The translations under genes were made by a program, and so were the position numbers. A stretch of DNA of 63,816 bases, the filler included, from Octopus bimaculoides (Eukaryota), in NCBI RefSeq assembly GCF_001194135.2. It is 9 parts of 7 records of this genome, joined end to end, with 100 filler letters (N's around TTAATTAATTAA, not from the genome) between each part and the next. Parts side by side here need not be neighbours in the genome. Positions count along the whole stretch, not along the records: positions 37,843 to 45,730 come from NC_068982.1; positions 45,831 to 56,713 come from NC_068988.1; 7 more parts are not named here. The stretch is one strand, 5' to 3'. The first letter of the stretch is position 1, and each line of letters opens with the position of its first letter. Under the pieces are notes generated by a model that worked only from the letters and a program-made list of their open reading frames with translations, was not told the origin of the DNA and searched no databases. Shown here in pieces: positions 40,510 to 53,601 of this stretch.

Positions 40510-41849
40510 ACATTGCTTTATTATTTGTTTTTCTTTTCAATTATGATTTACTTTAATTGTTCTGTTTTGAGCAACCCATTGGATTAAAATTTGAAGTAGA
40601 TCTAATTTAAATTTTCTTACGAAATGTACTTTTACTTTGGAGTAATTGTTTTTGCTTTTTACTTCTCCAAACTTGAAATATAATGTATTTTACTACGATC
40701 AAAAGGCATGACATCAACCCCCACGCTCACTGTGTAATCTGGTTGACACTTTGGATTGACATTCTCAGTCGATCAGTTGAACTTTGCTGATCTGCCATCT
40801 CTTAGATACAAATACAGTTACACTAAATGCAATCTCTGATAACTTAGTAGGCATCAAACAACTTCTTTGTTCAATCCATCACTTTTACAGTCAAGAGTTT
40901 CTATCCTCGTAAATGTTTTATATTTTCTCAATACATTTATGTCAATACCTTTTTATATTCATTACTATTTTTTTTGTTTACGTTTTAAGACCTATATAAT
41001 CTAGTACTCTTTTATTGTCTTCGGCTAATTCTTGCAATCATCCCATCCCCTTAAACGAGTTTTATTACATCCTCTTGTACAAATACACTTAAAAATATAA
41101 TAACAATCTGATTATTTAATTCACTATACTCACAGTACATTACGTTTTTTTTCTTCAACACTCTTCTCATGCTCTCATATTCCTCACTTGCTATCTGCCT
41201 TAAACTCATTATTCTTTGCATTCCAAGATCTCTACTCTCCCTTTTTCTCTCACACATAAACATATACATTAGGTACATACGTGCGTTCAAAGATATGATA
41301 CTGATCTTCAAAGCTATGTTCTTCCAAGCTTTAATAGACTCAAAGTCTGATTTGCATTTTACTCATCATTAAACCTGCCCCGCGCCAAAATAGAAACGCT
41401 AACATCTCTATTCATAACTGCGGGGTAAGTGGTTGTATACAACAACATAGGGGACCGACTGAAGATAAGTGCACAGTTTGTATGAAAACCTGCAATTGTC
41501 GAGTCTTTCTGTGTTGAGTATATTTTGCTTGCACTATAACATGGTATATAAATATCTGACCATGATTCAAAGTTCCAACTAGATGTTGATTCAACACGGC
41601 CCTGTCTACTCATCTCAGATGTGATGGATGGAAAGTCAAAAATACTATTGACAACAAAGATGAAGAAGAGAGCAATCACCAGTGAAGATTGAGCAATTAC
41701 CATGTATGTATGTGTGTATGTATGTATGTATACATGTATAAGGGGTACGATCGACTTCAAACGTGACTACTTAATTCATCTGAGCTTATTCTCAAATAGG
41801 ACCTCTAAATAATCTACTTCCCTAAGCAGGCACGCACACACACACACAC

Positions 41850-41937
<88 letters not shown>

Positions 41938-42168
41938 CAATAAATAAATAAATATATAGAGCAATAAGAAAATTGAGGGGATTAATAGGTGGTATTCATC
42001 AACTTATCGACATTATATTATGTCAATTTATATATTTACTTACTAAAAGGACAATTATAACAATATACATACATATATGACATATTATGTTCTACATATA
42101 TAATATACAAAATGCAAAATATAAAATATCAGTAATTATAAAAAAATATTACATATAGTAATAGAAAT

Positions 42169-42291
42169 ATCTTACAGCCGTTTCAGCCAAGAGGCAAAAT
42201 GCCTCATTCTACCTTTATCACTCCAATAGACTGGAGTAATTAATAGATGAACCTGAGGTACTTGGTTGTTTCTCTAGGCTTCGTCAGAGAT
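42169..42291 (-). ncRNA. Type I hammerhead ribozyme with 88 nt stem II insert (left arm, intact core)
   Basis: Minus strand: AUCU-CUGACGA-AGCC...GGCU-GAA-ACGGCUGU-A-AGAU. Confidence 0.8.
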
Positions 42292-42489
42292 TTTATAAAG
42301 TACATAAGATTAAGTTATAAATATAAATACTCACATATATATAATTATTTTTACATATACATACATATAAATAAATATACATTGTTACATATACGTACAC
42401 TTAAATGTACATACATAAATGCCTGTATATGCATACAAATGAATAAATTATTATCATTACTATTATTAGATGCAGTATATTATTAGAAG

Positions 42490-42555
42490 AGTTATAAGAG
42501 GAGTAATATTGTAATTTATAAAAACAATATATCTTAAATTACTCCTCTTATAACT
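42490..42555. repeat. Perfect 18 bp inverted repeat within the spacer
   Basis: agttataagaggagtaat / attactcctcttataact, 30 nt loop. Confidence 0.9.
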
Positions 42556-42604
42556 TTCTTATAACTCTCTCATACATCTGTTTACATTTTATATAATACG
42601 AATG

Positions 42605-42605
<1 letters not shown>

Positions 42606-42688
<83 letters not shown>

Positions 42689-42835
42689 AAATATATGGTA
42701 CCCTAGGCATAACACCTACATGAACTTCTAACTTGTTTTCTCTTGAGGTCTCTGGGTGAGACTTGGATCCAGCTTGTACAAATGCAAAACAAAAGTCAAA
42801 CATAAAATAATAATAATAATAATAATAATAATAAT
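42606..42835 (-). mobile_element. ~115 bp unique insert (42688-42803) flanked on both sides by (AAT)n; probable 3' end of a non-LTR element
   Basis: Unique sequence between two (AAT)n runs; reads into an (ATT)n tail on the minus strand. Classification is inferred. Confidence 0.55.
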
Positions 42836-42990
42836 TGATTCATTTGTATACACATACAGGCATTTATGTATGTACATTTAAGTGTACGTATATGTAATTA
42901 TGTATACTTATGTATATGTATGTATATGTAAAAGTATGTATATATATGTGAGTATTTATATTTATAACTTAACCTCATGTACTTTATAAA

Positions 42991-43113
42991 ATATCTGACG
43001 AAGCCTAGAGAAACAACCAAGTACCTCAGTTGCATCTCCTAATTACTCCAGTCTACTGGAGTGATAAAAGTAAAATGAGATATTTTGCCTCTTGCTTGAA
43101 GCAGCTGTAAGAT
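42991..43113 (+). ncRNA. Degenerate hammerhead copy (right arm)
   Basis: ATAT-CTGACGA-AGCC...GCTT-GAAG-CAGCTGT-A-AGAT; A15.1 changed to G and a stem I mismatch. Confidence 0.7.
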
Positions 43114-44293
43114 ATTATCCCAATTTCTGTTACTATGTGTTATATTTTTATAATTACTGATATTTTATATTTTGCATTTTATATATTATATATGTAGGAC
43201 ATAATATGTCATATATGAATATATATTGTTATAATTGTCCTTTTAGTAAATCTATAACTAAATTGACATAATATAATGTCTATAAGTTGATGAATACTAC
43301 CTATTAATCCCCACCATTTTCTTATTTCCCTATAAATTAATGGTAAACTAACTTTTTACCATCACCCATTTATTACACTTGGTAATGTAATTGTCATTCA
43401 ATGAAAAACACTTGTGTAATAATAATTGGGTATTCTACCAGCAGTATATTGGATAGATATTATCCTTTAGTAGGTTGGATTCACAACCTCTCACTTTCTT
43501 GGATTTACATTAACTTATAAATAATTTATTTGGCCTATAGTTTGTGGTGAAACCCCATACAACCTTTGCGTTTGGAAATTATGTTGCCGGGAAGCACTCC
43601 CAGTATTACGCCAAAATGACACGCCTTTACTAAATCGATTCTCCGACGCGATCTTTTGCAGTCATAAATATTATTGCACCGTTACTTATTACCTAAAATC
43701 CTTACAATTTCTTCTCATCTTGCCTAAAATCTTTTTCTCACCATACCTTTCTTTTCTCCTACTACACCCTGTCCATTACTTCCAAGATTCATTTACCAAT
43801 GCTTCTTTGTCCAGGCTTCGAACATCTGCAACCCCTTTATTGATTGGGAACTGTTAATTGATCTATACACCTGTTGTAATTTAGTCATCCATAGTCTGAT
43901 AATATTTCGGAATAAACTTCCTTCAGATATTCTTAGATGGAGTCGCTGCTATAATCGCTTTTCCAACGGCTTTTCTTTTGTTTTTTTCGGAAGCGTCTCA
44001 GTAGTGGTCTAAGGAATTCCTCATGAGAAGTGCGTGAGTTCGACCATGTCTCAATCTCGTGTTTGCTGGTACATCCGTAGCATTGCCTCCAAGTTATGTA
44101 TTATACGTGCAGCTTCCTTTTTCCCCTTATTATCTTTTCTCTTTTCTTTGTTATACACAATAGATTAGCATATTATCAAAAATGAACGTACATGCATCCA
44201 GATGCAGCTAAATAATATATTGATTACCAGCCTCCAGCTTGTTTTTAATTTGGGGCCCTAGTCTGTGTATGAGTATATATATATATATAAATA

Positions 44294-45542
44294 CAGGGTG
44301 CATAAGGTATTTGAGGACATACCCGTTTTGGGTTATTGCCACATTTTTTGTTAATTCGGTATAATCTTTGTTTCAGAAAATAATAATGGCAGACCATCAG
44401 CTTACTCAAGAAATGAAGAGGCATTCTGCTATTGTGGTTATAAAGGCTGTGCATAGCGATATAGAAATATCTCGTTTTTTAAAGTTGCTAGATCTTTCGT
44501 CTTCAAAGTTTGTAAAGAGCTAGAGACTGAAGGTGTAAGCGTGTCACCAGTATCAAAGCATTAAAAACATTGTAGACGCTCTGAAATCAACAGAAAACCT
44601 GAATTTATCCAGCAAGTTCAAAAGACCATTGATTATAGTCCCAGATGGCCATTTGGTCAATTGCAAAAGATCTCCATATGTTAGAAGTAACAGTCAAAAA
44701 TTTACACGAAGCCATTAAATATAAATCTTATATGATGAGGAAAGGTGAATTTGTCAGACAAAAACAAAAGAAAATCAGTGCATCAGATCTAAAAGGCTCT
44801 TAAACTTAAACAATATGCTGTGATTTCTTTCTTCTCAAACGAAAAAATTTCGACCAAGATCAAAATGTTAACAAAAGAAATAACAGATGGTTATATGCGG
44901 ACCTATCTAAAGTTCGAAGTGTTATGCATACAAAATTTCCTGCAATTGTCATGGTTGTTTTGTGGTTGTTAGCAATAAAAGACATGTGATGCCTCCTTAC
45001 GTCTTTTACAAGGCTTTAAATTGAACTCTGCCGCCTACACTGAAGTCTTGGAGATAATTGTTAAGCCTTGGATAGATAGTTTAGGCAATGGAAGGTCAAA
45101 TGTGTTTCAGGAAGACTCTGCAATATCACACATGGCTGTATTAACATATGAATAGAAGGCTGAAAATTTTCATGATCACATAACCCCTAAAATTTGGCAT
45201 ACTAATTCCCCAGATTTCAATCCATTAGACTATTACATGTGGAACGATGTAGAGAGAAAGAGAGGTCAATGAATACGCACATAACACCAAATGTTATTTG
45301 AAAACTGCCATATTCAGAGTAATGTCAAAAATCAACGAAGATCACTTGATTCGAGCATGTAGATGATTTAGATTTCATATTAGAATTATCTGTTGAAGCT
45401 GAAGGTGGCTTTAGTGAATAACATTATAGAAAAAAAATGTTTATTTTTATCCTCATAGCATTCTTTAATAAAGTTATCTGTTATTATATGGCTATGTTTT
45501 CTTATAAACATAAATCTTTGCTCAAATATCTTACGCACCCTG
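44294..45542 (+). mobile_element. Full-length decayed maT (DD37D) Tc1/mariner transposon, 1249 bp
   Basis: TA flanks; 22 bp TIRs CAGGGTGC(a/g)TAAG(g/a)TATTTGAG with 2 mismatches; ATG at 44386; QEDSA (D 45114) and SPDFNPLDY (D 45228) are in frame and 37 residues apart; many stops and frameshifts. Confidence 0.95.
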
Positions 45543-45696
45543 TATATATAAATACAAACACACACACACACACGCACACACAGACACACAGACACACACA
45601 CACACAAACACATATATCTATAAATAAACACATTTATGTATATGCTTATATATATACATATATATATATACATACATACATACATACATACAGATA

Positions 45697-45730
<34 letters not shown>

Positions 45731-45830
45731 NNNNNNNNNNNNNNNNNNNNNNNNNNNNNNNNNNNNNNNNNNNNTTAATTAATTAANNNNNNNNNNNNNN
45801 NNNNNNNNNNNNNNNNNNNNNNNNNNNNNN

Positions 45831-45869
<39 letters not shown>

Positions 45870-47010
45870 CACTCTAACTGGTGAATGATTGAATGATATA
45901 TGCAAGACAAAAAAATCTCCATTCTATTAAATTTACATGCGAAAGTGTGTGAAATGTGATCCTCTAATCAGTATATCACGTTTTCTGATTTATATTCGAT
46001 GGCAACTGAAAATATAACATTTCCTGTATCCATCTAAAAGGCAAATGCAAATGAGTGAAGTTATCTAACATAAATCATAATATTCATGCTTTCCCTGTGG
46101 TGTAATTCCTTTAGCCGACCTGATTTTCAATTATACGAATCTGATTGTAAAATATTTTTACATTGCATCAAAAACTCCATTTCAACTGATATTCTTTTCT
46201 AGAATATTGTTTGCCAGTGAGGTGTAAGGCATAAATATCATATTACTTAAGTGTACTTCCATTGTGCATGTTAGCTGACTTTTATACATTTCTAATATCG
46301 TATAACTGTCTATCCCAGTACCTGACATGTGCTTAAATACAAGACTAGTTTGCTATGAATATTCTGAAGCTAAATGAAAACTTATTCTAATATTATGTTT
46401 GTTCTCCGCATTAAGAGCATTATCCTATAATTTGATAATACAAATTAATGTCATTTGTCCATTTAATTACTATTTTCGCCCTAATTTTATAATTATATAT
46501 ACTCTACCCACAGGCACACACGCACAAACACTCATACATACGTACGTATATAGGTATATATGTATAAGTAATAATTTTCAATTTAGTTATAATCCTTATA
46601 GTTTTCCGTTTAAACCCCGTTCACTGTATTCGGTTACCTGGTGCCGTCAGCTGTACAGATTTAAATGCCACTGGATTAATTCAGGAATTCCTTCGTCCGT
46701 GACCGTAGTGTTTATAACATATGAGAGAATGAGAAAGAAAATTCACTAGATTTCTTATTAACCCGTTTCTCGTGCATTTGAGTGGCTACAGATAAATACC
46801 AAAATGTATTGTAATCAATATAATCGAAATGTTGATTAAAAAACCAAAACGAGGTACACTTTGGAATGACACCTGGCGAGACACACCTGCACCAAGTGAT
46901 GCAACAGAAGTACTTCGTAGCATATTCACCGAGAGTGACTGATGCACGACTGGTTAAATCGATCATAGTGATTAACAAAGAATCTCGTGAATTCTATTTT
47001 CCTTCTCTTC

Positions 47011-47057
<47 letters not shown>

Positions 47058-47652
47058 CCCCCCCCCATATATATATATATATAGGTGTACTTGTATGTAC
47101 ATATATATATATGAGCGCATTGAAAATCAAACAGTAGGAAAGGTTGATAAAACGCAAGAATACCGTCACCTTTCATGTAGTCCTACATTTGAATATATAT
47201 TGAAATTAAGATGTATTTCCTTTGTCGTATGTTCACATTTATCCCTTTATTTGGTTCGTCTCCGAGGGTTGCAGTGCAGCTGTAAATACTCCGTATGCCA
47301 TATGTACAGATTTAACTGCACTTAGCCTAGATGATGAATGATGTTCGAAGCCCGATAAATGATTTATAAGTTTTGTTGAAATATTTTAATAATGACTTGT
47401 CTAAAATATTGGATGAATACATATACAAATTAATATTGTAACAAAAACAAATATTTAACACAAAATTCCTAATATTAAAGGGCTATTAATCCGTTCTTAA
47501 TGAAGTGAATTGTAATAGATATAGTCTTAATTAATTCAGCACATTGGGAAACAATTCCTTTAATATCATCTGTAATAAAGTAACTAAGAAACTGGCAATA
47601 GCGAATTCATTCTTAATTTGCATAGACAGTTATCGAAAGAAAGTATCGATAC

Positions 47653-47690
<38 letters not shown>

Positions 47691-47904
47691 CAATAATAAA
47701 TCTCAGAGCGAGGTATAAAGAGTAGCAGCATGACATCGTGAAGTATATTTGCCACCTAAATGTGGCAAACCCTTAAGGGTAGACGCTACTATAGCATGTA
47801 GCCCCAGCAAGACATCTCTTCCAGCTGGCTATTGACACTATCTGTGCCCGATCAGTATTTGGAAAGGGAAGTCATCGTTCCCATCTCCACCTTGACGTGA
47901 TACA

Positions 47905-47946
47905 CACTGACCCGAGTTTCTGGGTATTGACCCGTCATCAGCGTAT
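47905..47946 (-). ncRNA. Minimal type I hammerhead ribozyme motif at the edge of a ~250 bp structured repeat (47700-47950)
   Basis: Minus strand: AUACG-CUGAUGA-C-GGGU caau ACCC-A-GAA-ACUCGGGU-C-AGUGU; G.A mismatch at the base of stem I. Confidence 0.75.
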
Positions 47947-48746
47947 TTATATATATATATACACACAATAGTTATATATATATATAGACAATAGTTACAG
48001 AAAATACCGGCTCTGATATTATAGCATGCTACCTAAATACTTCATAGGATCCTAGGAGTTTATTCATGTCTCACCACACTCAGGACAAATATGCTTGTAC
48101 AATCTTTAATTTTTCTTCCTGAATTTATCTGTTATATAATCATTGAATTGCCTCCCTACCGGTTATGAGATTATATGTTACTGTGAGATTTAGCATGAAA
48201 TAAATTGCTGTATGTAAATTTTATAACACTCTGCTACTATAACTGTAGACATGTTTATGTTATTTGCATTACCGTCTGTTTTCACTGATTGATGTCCATC
48301 TATTCTTGGTTTTATTCATTTTCTTTTTGTTTTTCTTCAATTGTTATCTTTGCAAAATAGTCAGCAACATATACATAAATGTATGTAGGTATGTATGCAT
48401 GCATGTACATATATACATACGAATTTATACAGACATCTGCTTTCTATACATCAGCGATTGCAATCTTTTCATCTAGTTATCGCTCGATGAAATCACCACA
48501 ATTTGAATTGCGTGCATAATTGTTAATTTCTAATATTAACATTTGATCTTCATAATAATTCCCAAAGTGTTCATAGAACATAATATACACTATATCGTCA
48601 CACTGAATAGTCAAGCGTCCCTTGAAGTTGACATTTATTTCTGTCATTAATATCATTAAGAATAAACCTTTTCCTGAAATAGTTTCATCAACTGTAAGCA
48701 TTACTCATCACATATATACACATAGATACATGCATACACACACACA

Positions 48747-48780
<34 letters not shown>

Positions 48781-51700
48781 NNNNNNNNNNNNNNNNNNNN
48801 NNNNNNNNNNNNNNNNNNNNNNNNNNNNNNNNNNNNNNNNNNNNNNNNNNNNNNNNNNNNNNNNNNNNNNNNNNNNNNNNNNNNNNNNNNNNNNNNNNNN
48901 NNNNNNNNNNNNNNNNNNNNNNNNNNNNNNNNNNNNNNNNNNNNNNNNNNNNNNNNNNNNNNNNNNNNNNNNNNNNNNNNNNNNNNNNNNNNNNNNNNNN
49001 NNNNNNNNNNNNNNNNNNNNNNNNNNNNNNNNNNNNNNNNNNNNNNNNNNNNNNNNNNNNNNNNNNNNNNNNNNNNNNNNNNNNNNNNNNNNNNNNNNNN
49101 NNNNNNNNNNNNNNNNNNNNNATATATATATATGTGTATGTATGTATGTACGCATGTATGTAGGTATTATGTATTTATGTATGTAGGTAGGTATATATGT
49201 ATTTACGTATGTATGTATGTAAATAGGCATGTACATAAATGTTTGCATTTTGTACTTGTACGTTTGAATATATATATATAAATATAATGCTGGAAACTAA
49301 AAGAGTGTAATCAGCTTTTATCCATACCGATATACGTATTATGCTATTGCTTATTGCATTTGGCTCATTGCAGACATCATTAACTTTTCGGCTGAACAAC
49401 CAGCATATGTTATGTGTCTGCTTCTTAGTTATTATGCGTATGTATATGTGGTTATAGTTTTAGAATTCAGGATAATGCGCAGATTCAGAATTTGTTACGT
49501 GTTTCAAATTTCGATCAATCTGTTGATGATATATTAGCAAGGTAGGCATGAATGAAATTCATTGATATAAATAGTAGTAAAAACATTTTGCCTGCGTTGA
49601 AAAGCTGATAAAAATCCTTCATTTGCTCGGTAGTATGTTATGTTTTACAATATGTCACACAACATGAAATAGAGCGACACAAAAGCACAAAACAGTAAAG
49701 TCATTCTCGATTTTAGGACAGTTATATACCAATTTGATATGCTCTAAACGTGATTTCTATATGTATAGATGGAGTAAGTTGTAAGAATGCGTGGGTCCAC
49801 TAGAAACTTATTTTTATATTACTTTATATTACTTCTTTTCCTTATTAATGTGTACATATNNNNNNNNNNNNNNNNNNNNNNNNNNNNNNNNNNNNNNNNN
49901 NNNNNNNNNNNNNNNNNNNNNNNNNNNNNNNNNNNNNNNNNNNNNNNNNNNNNNNNNNNNNNNNNNNNNNNNNNNNNNNNNNNNNNNNNNNNNNNNNNNN
50001 NNNNNNNNNNNNNNNNNNNNNNNNNNNNNNNNNNNNNNNNNNNNNNNNNNNNNNNNNNNNNNNNNNNNNNNNNNNNNNNNNNNNNNNNNNNNNNNNNNNN
50101 NNNNNNNNNNNNNNNNNNNNNNNNNNNNNNNNNNNNNNNNNNNNNNNNNNNNNNNNNNNNNNNNNNNNNNNNNNNNNNNNNNNNNNNTATATATATATAT
50201 GTATATATATATATACCCAGACCTAGGAATAACTCAATATAGATTGGATATAAAGAAGAGAAGTGGAACGGGTAATACAGTACAGTACAATACCGCCAAT
50301 TGTTAGATCTCTAAACAGAATATAATTGCATGACTCAACCATGATAAGGGTAGATATTAAATTAAAATAGGAACTGGGAATAAGATAACAAACTGGGGAT
50401 TTTAGTAAGAAGAGATGAGGTTCAAATTTTAGTATAAAACCCATAGAATATAATGGTAATAGCAAATAATGATAGTACATTGAAATATTATTGAATGTAT
50501 CAGTGATAGAGCTTGAAAAGATTCCTAGGAGCAATGATTTCTGGATAAAATTCTCTTAGCCCATAATGAGACACAGTATTAATATAAAATAAAATAATAG
50601 CAATGATAGCCTCCCAGGGGCAACAAAAATTATCTACCTATCGGGGATAATCAATAGTCATTAATTAATAAATAAATTAATTAATAAATTAATGAATAAA
50701 TAAATAAATCAAATAAATTAATCTAGTAGACATTCATAGGAGAGCGGTAACAATAGAAAAGATTAAGGAGTTACCTACCCTGTATATCATAATCAAAACA
50801 TAATCAAGACAGCGTGGCGGAAAGAACGGTATAGTTAAATAATTTTTAATAATCTGTTCTGATCGATAATTGTGTTTTTTGGTCATTTGTTCTAATGGAA
50901 GCCATTCCTGAGTAAGTGCCAAACGTCAGACCTTCAACAGATCAGTCGTTGGATAGAGTTGGGCACAGAAATGTTGACATCGAATGGTAAATAATTAAAT
51001 AAATGGAATAAAAATCGATCGTGTTGAAAGTCTCTATCCTTTTTAAATATACAAATTTGAAACCTTGGATATATATATATATGTATTAACATTGTCTAAG
51101 TTTTAAAAAGCTTAACAACGTAAATATGTTAATAGTTACCATGGGTAGCAAACATCACACAAAAAAACAGGATATCACACCAGTTTTATACGTAGAGATA
51201 CCGAGTTAAAGCGATGCATTTTGAGTAGATATGAATAATAATAAAAAATGGAGCAAAACGCATATAAATAAAAGTTCCTTTAATTCCTACATATATTTCA
51301 ATATATATGTGCACTCTACTCCAAAGAAATAAGAGCTGCTGGAATTACACATATATTCTTCGCCATGGAACCAACATAGAGAAGCAAGTCAAATGCGAAA
51401 TGATAAGTTAACTTACGAGTTATAATATTATAATATTATATGACCAAGTAAGTGACCGTTAGAAGTAAGAACGCTGGTTTACATAGAGTTATAACGGGAG
51501 CGGGGCTGTAAACGCTATGCTGAAAGTTTAAATTAAATGATTAAAATGGGGGGGAGGAGGGCAAAATGGATCACAGTAAAGTAAACTGAAGCCGTATGCT
51601 ATAATCTATTTCAAATGTGGAGGCAAGGAGAGAATCAAGAGGGTTCATCATATATAGACAATAACAACAATATACATGCTTACAAGAAGAAGATCGGGTA

Positions 51701-51849
51701 TATTTAGTTAAAGTTACTAGCGGTACAAGCACAACTCATGTAGCATTACTGGGAAGGAATTACTTAACCAACTATAGAAGGGAAACATAAAAGACAAGTG
51801 GCGATGGATGCAGAAATAGATATTATTTAAGACTATATTAAAAGGTATT

Positions 51850-52366
51850 ATTCAGAGGACTATTGGTAAATGTCCTCTCAGGAACAATCATCTTAGGTAC
51901 CTCCACAACATTACCAAGAAAATCAATCGAACCAAAGGATTATTAGTACAGTCGGATAAAACTGGAAATTTATACAAACTGACTAAAGATAAATACATGG
52001 AATTACTGAAAAAGAGATAGAAAAAATTATAGGACTACCAACAGCAATATTCTACGGAAAGCTAACCTGGAAGCTAAGGAAATTATGATCAAATACAATC
52101 TGCATGATAGGACTGAACCTCTGGTCCCTAAGTAACCTCGTTTTGTTCTTAAGGACCACAAGATAAATTTTGGTCCAACCCTTCTCTACGTCTAATTTGT
52201 CCCTCTAGGTCTGACTGACATAGGCATTCTTAGTAAAAACATTCTGGACAAATATATACCCACTATAATTGATAAGTTAAAACTGAAACTTTGGTCAAAT
52301 TCTTCTCAAGTAATAGATTGGTTTAATTCAATTACATATAAGAGTAATACCAAATTTATACAGTTC
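51850..52366 (+). pseudogene. Penelope-like element reverse transcriptase N-terminal fragment
   Basis: With frameshifts: LLVQSDKTGNLYKLTKDKYMELL, EIEKNY, VLKDHKINF, NPSLRLICPSRSD-IGILSKNILD, LWSNSSQVIDWFNSI..KFIQF, truncated just before the first catalytic Asp. Pattern recalls Naiad/Chlamys-type PLE RT (from memory, not searched). Confidence 0.75.
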
Positions 52367-52514
52367 TACCGATTACACCAACTTCCGGAAACAAAATTCC
52401 GGTACAGAGGCATTTTGCAAAATAACCTCAGCGTAATTCGTAGAACTGTATGAAAGTCTTATTTCATGAAGACAATTCGTGTATAGTTCTACCAATTATA
52501 TTGATTGTAGAACG

Positions 52515-52584
52515 GCTGTGCTGACGAGAACTCGGATATTGTTACGTAAGTAAAACGTTAATGTTCGAAACTGCAGTACACAGC
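52515..52584 (+). ncRNA. Canonical type I hammerhead ribozyme
   Basis: GCTGTG-CTGACGA-GAAC(31 nt loop)GTTC-GAA-ACTGCAGT-A-CACAGC; all core nucleotides present; predicted cleavage after 52578. Confidence 0.9.
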
Positions 52585-53561
52585 TAATTCTTTATTTTAT
52601 ATTTCTCATTTTGTCCTGTTCTGGTGTTTTGCGAAATTTTTCTGGAGAACATTATTTTTCTTTGTGGTTGGGTCTTTGATGACCTCTTTCCAGCATATTG
52701 GATGTCCACCAAGTGGTCATCCCTTATAAACGTGTAATACAATTTTTTCTGAATTTTCAGAATTTTTTATATGCTAGGCCATTTGGTTTTAAATTGAATT
52801 AATATTCAATTTATCACCCTATCTATATAAATAATATATATATATATATATANNNNNNNNNNNNNNNNNNNNNNNNNNNNNNNNNNNNNNNNNNNNNNNN
52901 NNNNNNNNNNNNNNNNNNNNNNNNNNNNNNNNNNNNNNNNNNNNNNNNNNNNNNNNNNNNNNNNNNNNNNNNNNNNNNNNNNNNNNNNNNNNNNNNNNNN
53001 NNNNNNNNNNNNNNNNNNNNNNNNNNNNNNNNNNNNNNNNNNNNNNNNNNNNNNNNNNNNNNNNNNNNNNNNNNNNNNNNNNNNNNNNNNNNNNNNNNNN
53101 NNNNNNNNNNNNNNNNNNNNNNNNNNNNNNNNNNNNNNNNNNNNNNNNNNNNNNNNNNNNNNNNNNNNNNNNNNNNNNNNNNNNNNNNNNNNNNNNNNNN
53201 NNNNNNNNNNNNNNNNNNNNNNNNNNNNNNNNNNNNNNNNNNNNNNNNNNNNNNNNNNNNNNNNNNNNNNNNNNNNNNNNNNNNNNNNNNNNNNNNNNNN
53301 NNNNNNNNNNNNNNNNNNNNNNNNNNNNNNNNNNNNNNNNNNNNNNNNNNNNNNNNNNNNNNNNNNNNNNNNNNNNNNNNNNNNNNNNNNNNNNNNNNNN
53401 NNNNNNNNNNNNNNNNNNNNNNNNNNNNNNNNNNNNNNNNNNNNNNNNNNNNNNNNNNNNNNNNNNNNNNNNNNNNNNNNNNNNNNNNNNNNNNTATATA
53501 TATATTATTTATATCATTATATGATTTAACGCCACGAATCCTCTTAGAAGTATATATATAT

Positions 53562-53601
<40 letters not shown>

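Larger units (their letters stand above)
41955..43334. repeat. Large inverted duplication: arms ~41955-42467 and ~42820-43334, ~350 bp spacer
   Basis: Arms align as reverse complements along their length, with scattered substitutions and small indels. Confidence 0.95.

Noticed and set aside
41359-41760. 133 aa minus-strand ORF, and a plus-strand Cys-rich stretch KCTVCMKTCNCRVFLC
   Set aside because: No recognisable domain in the ORF; the Cys stretch only loosely resembles a piggyBac C-terminal domain, ends in a stop and has no TTAA/TIR support.
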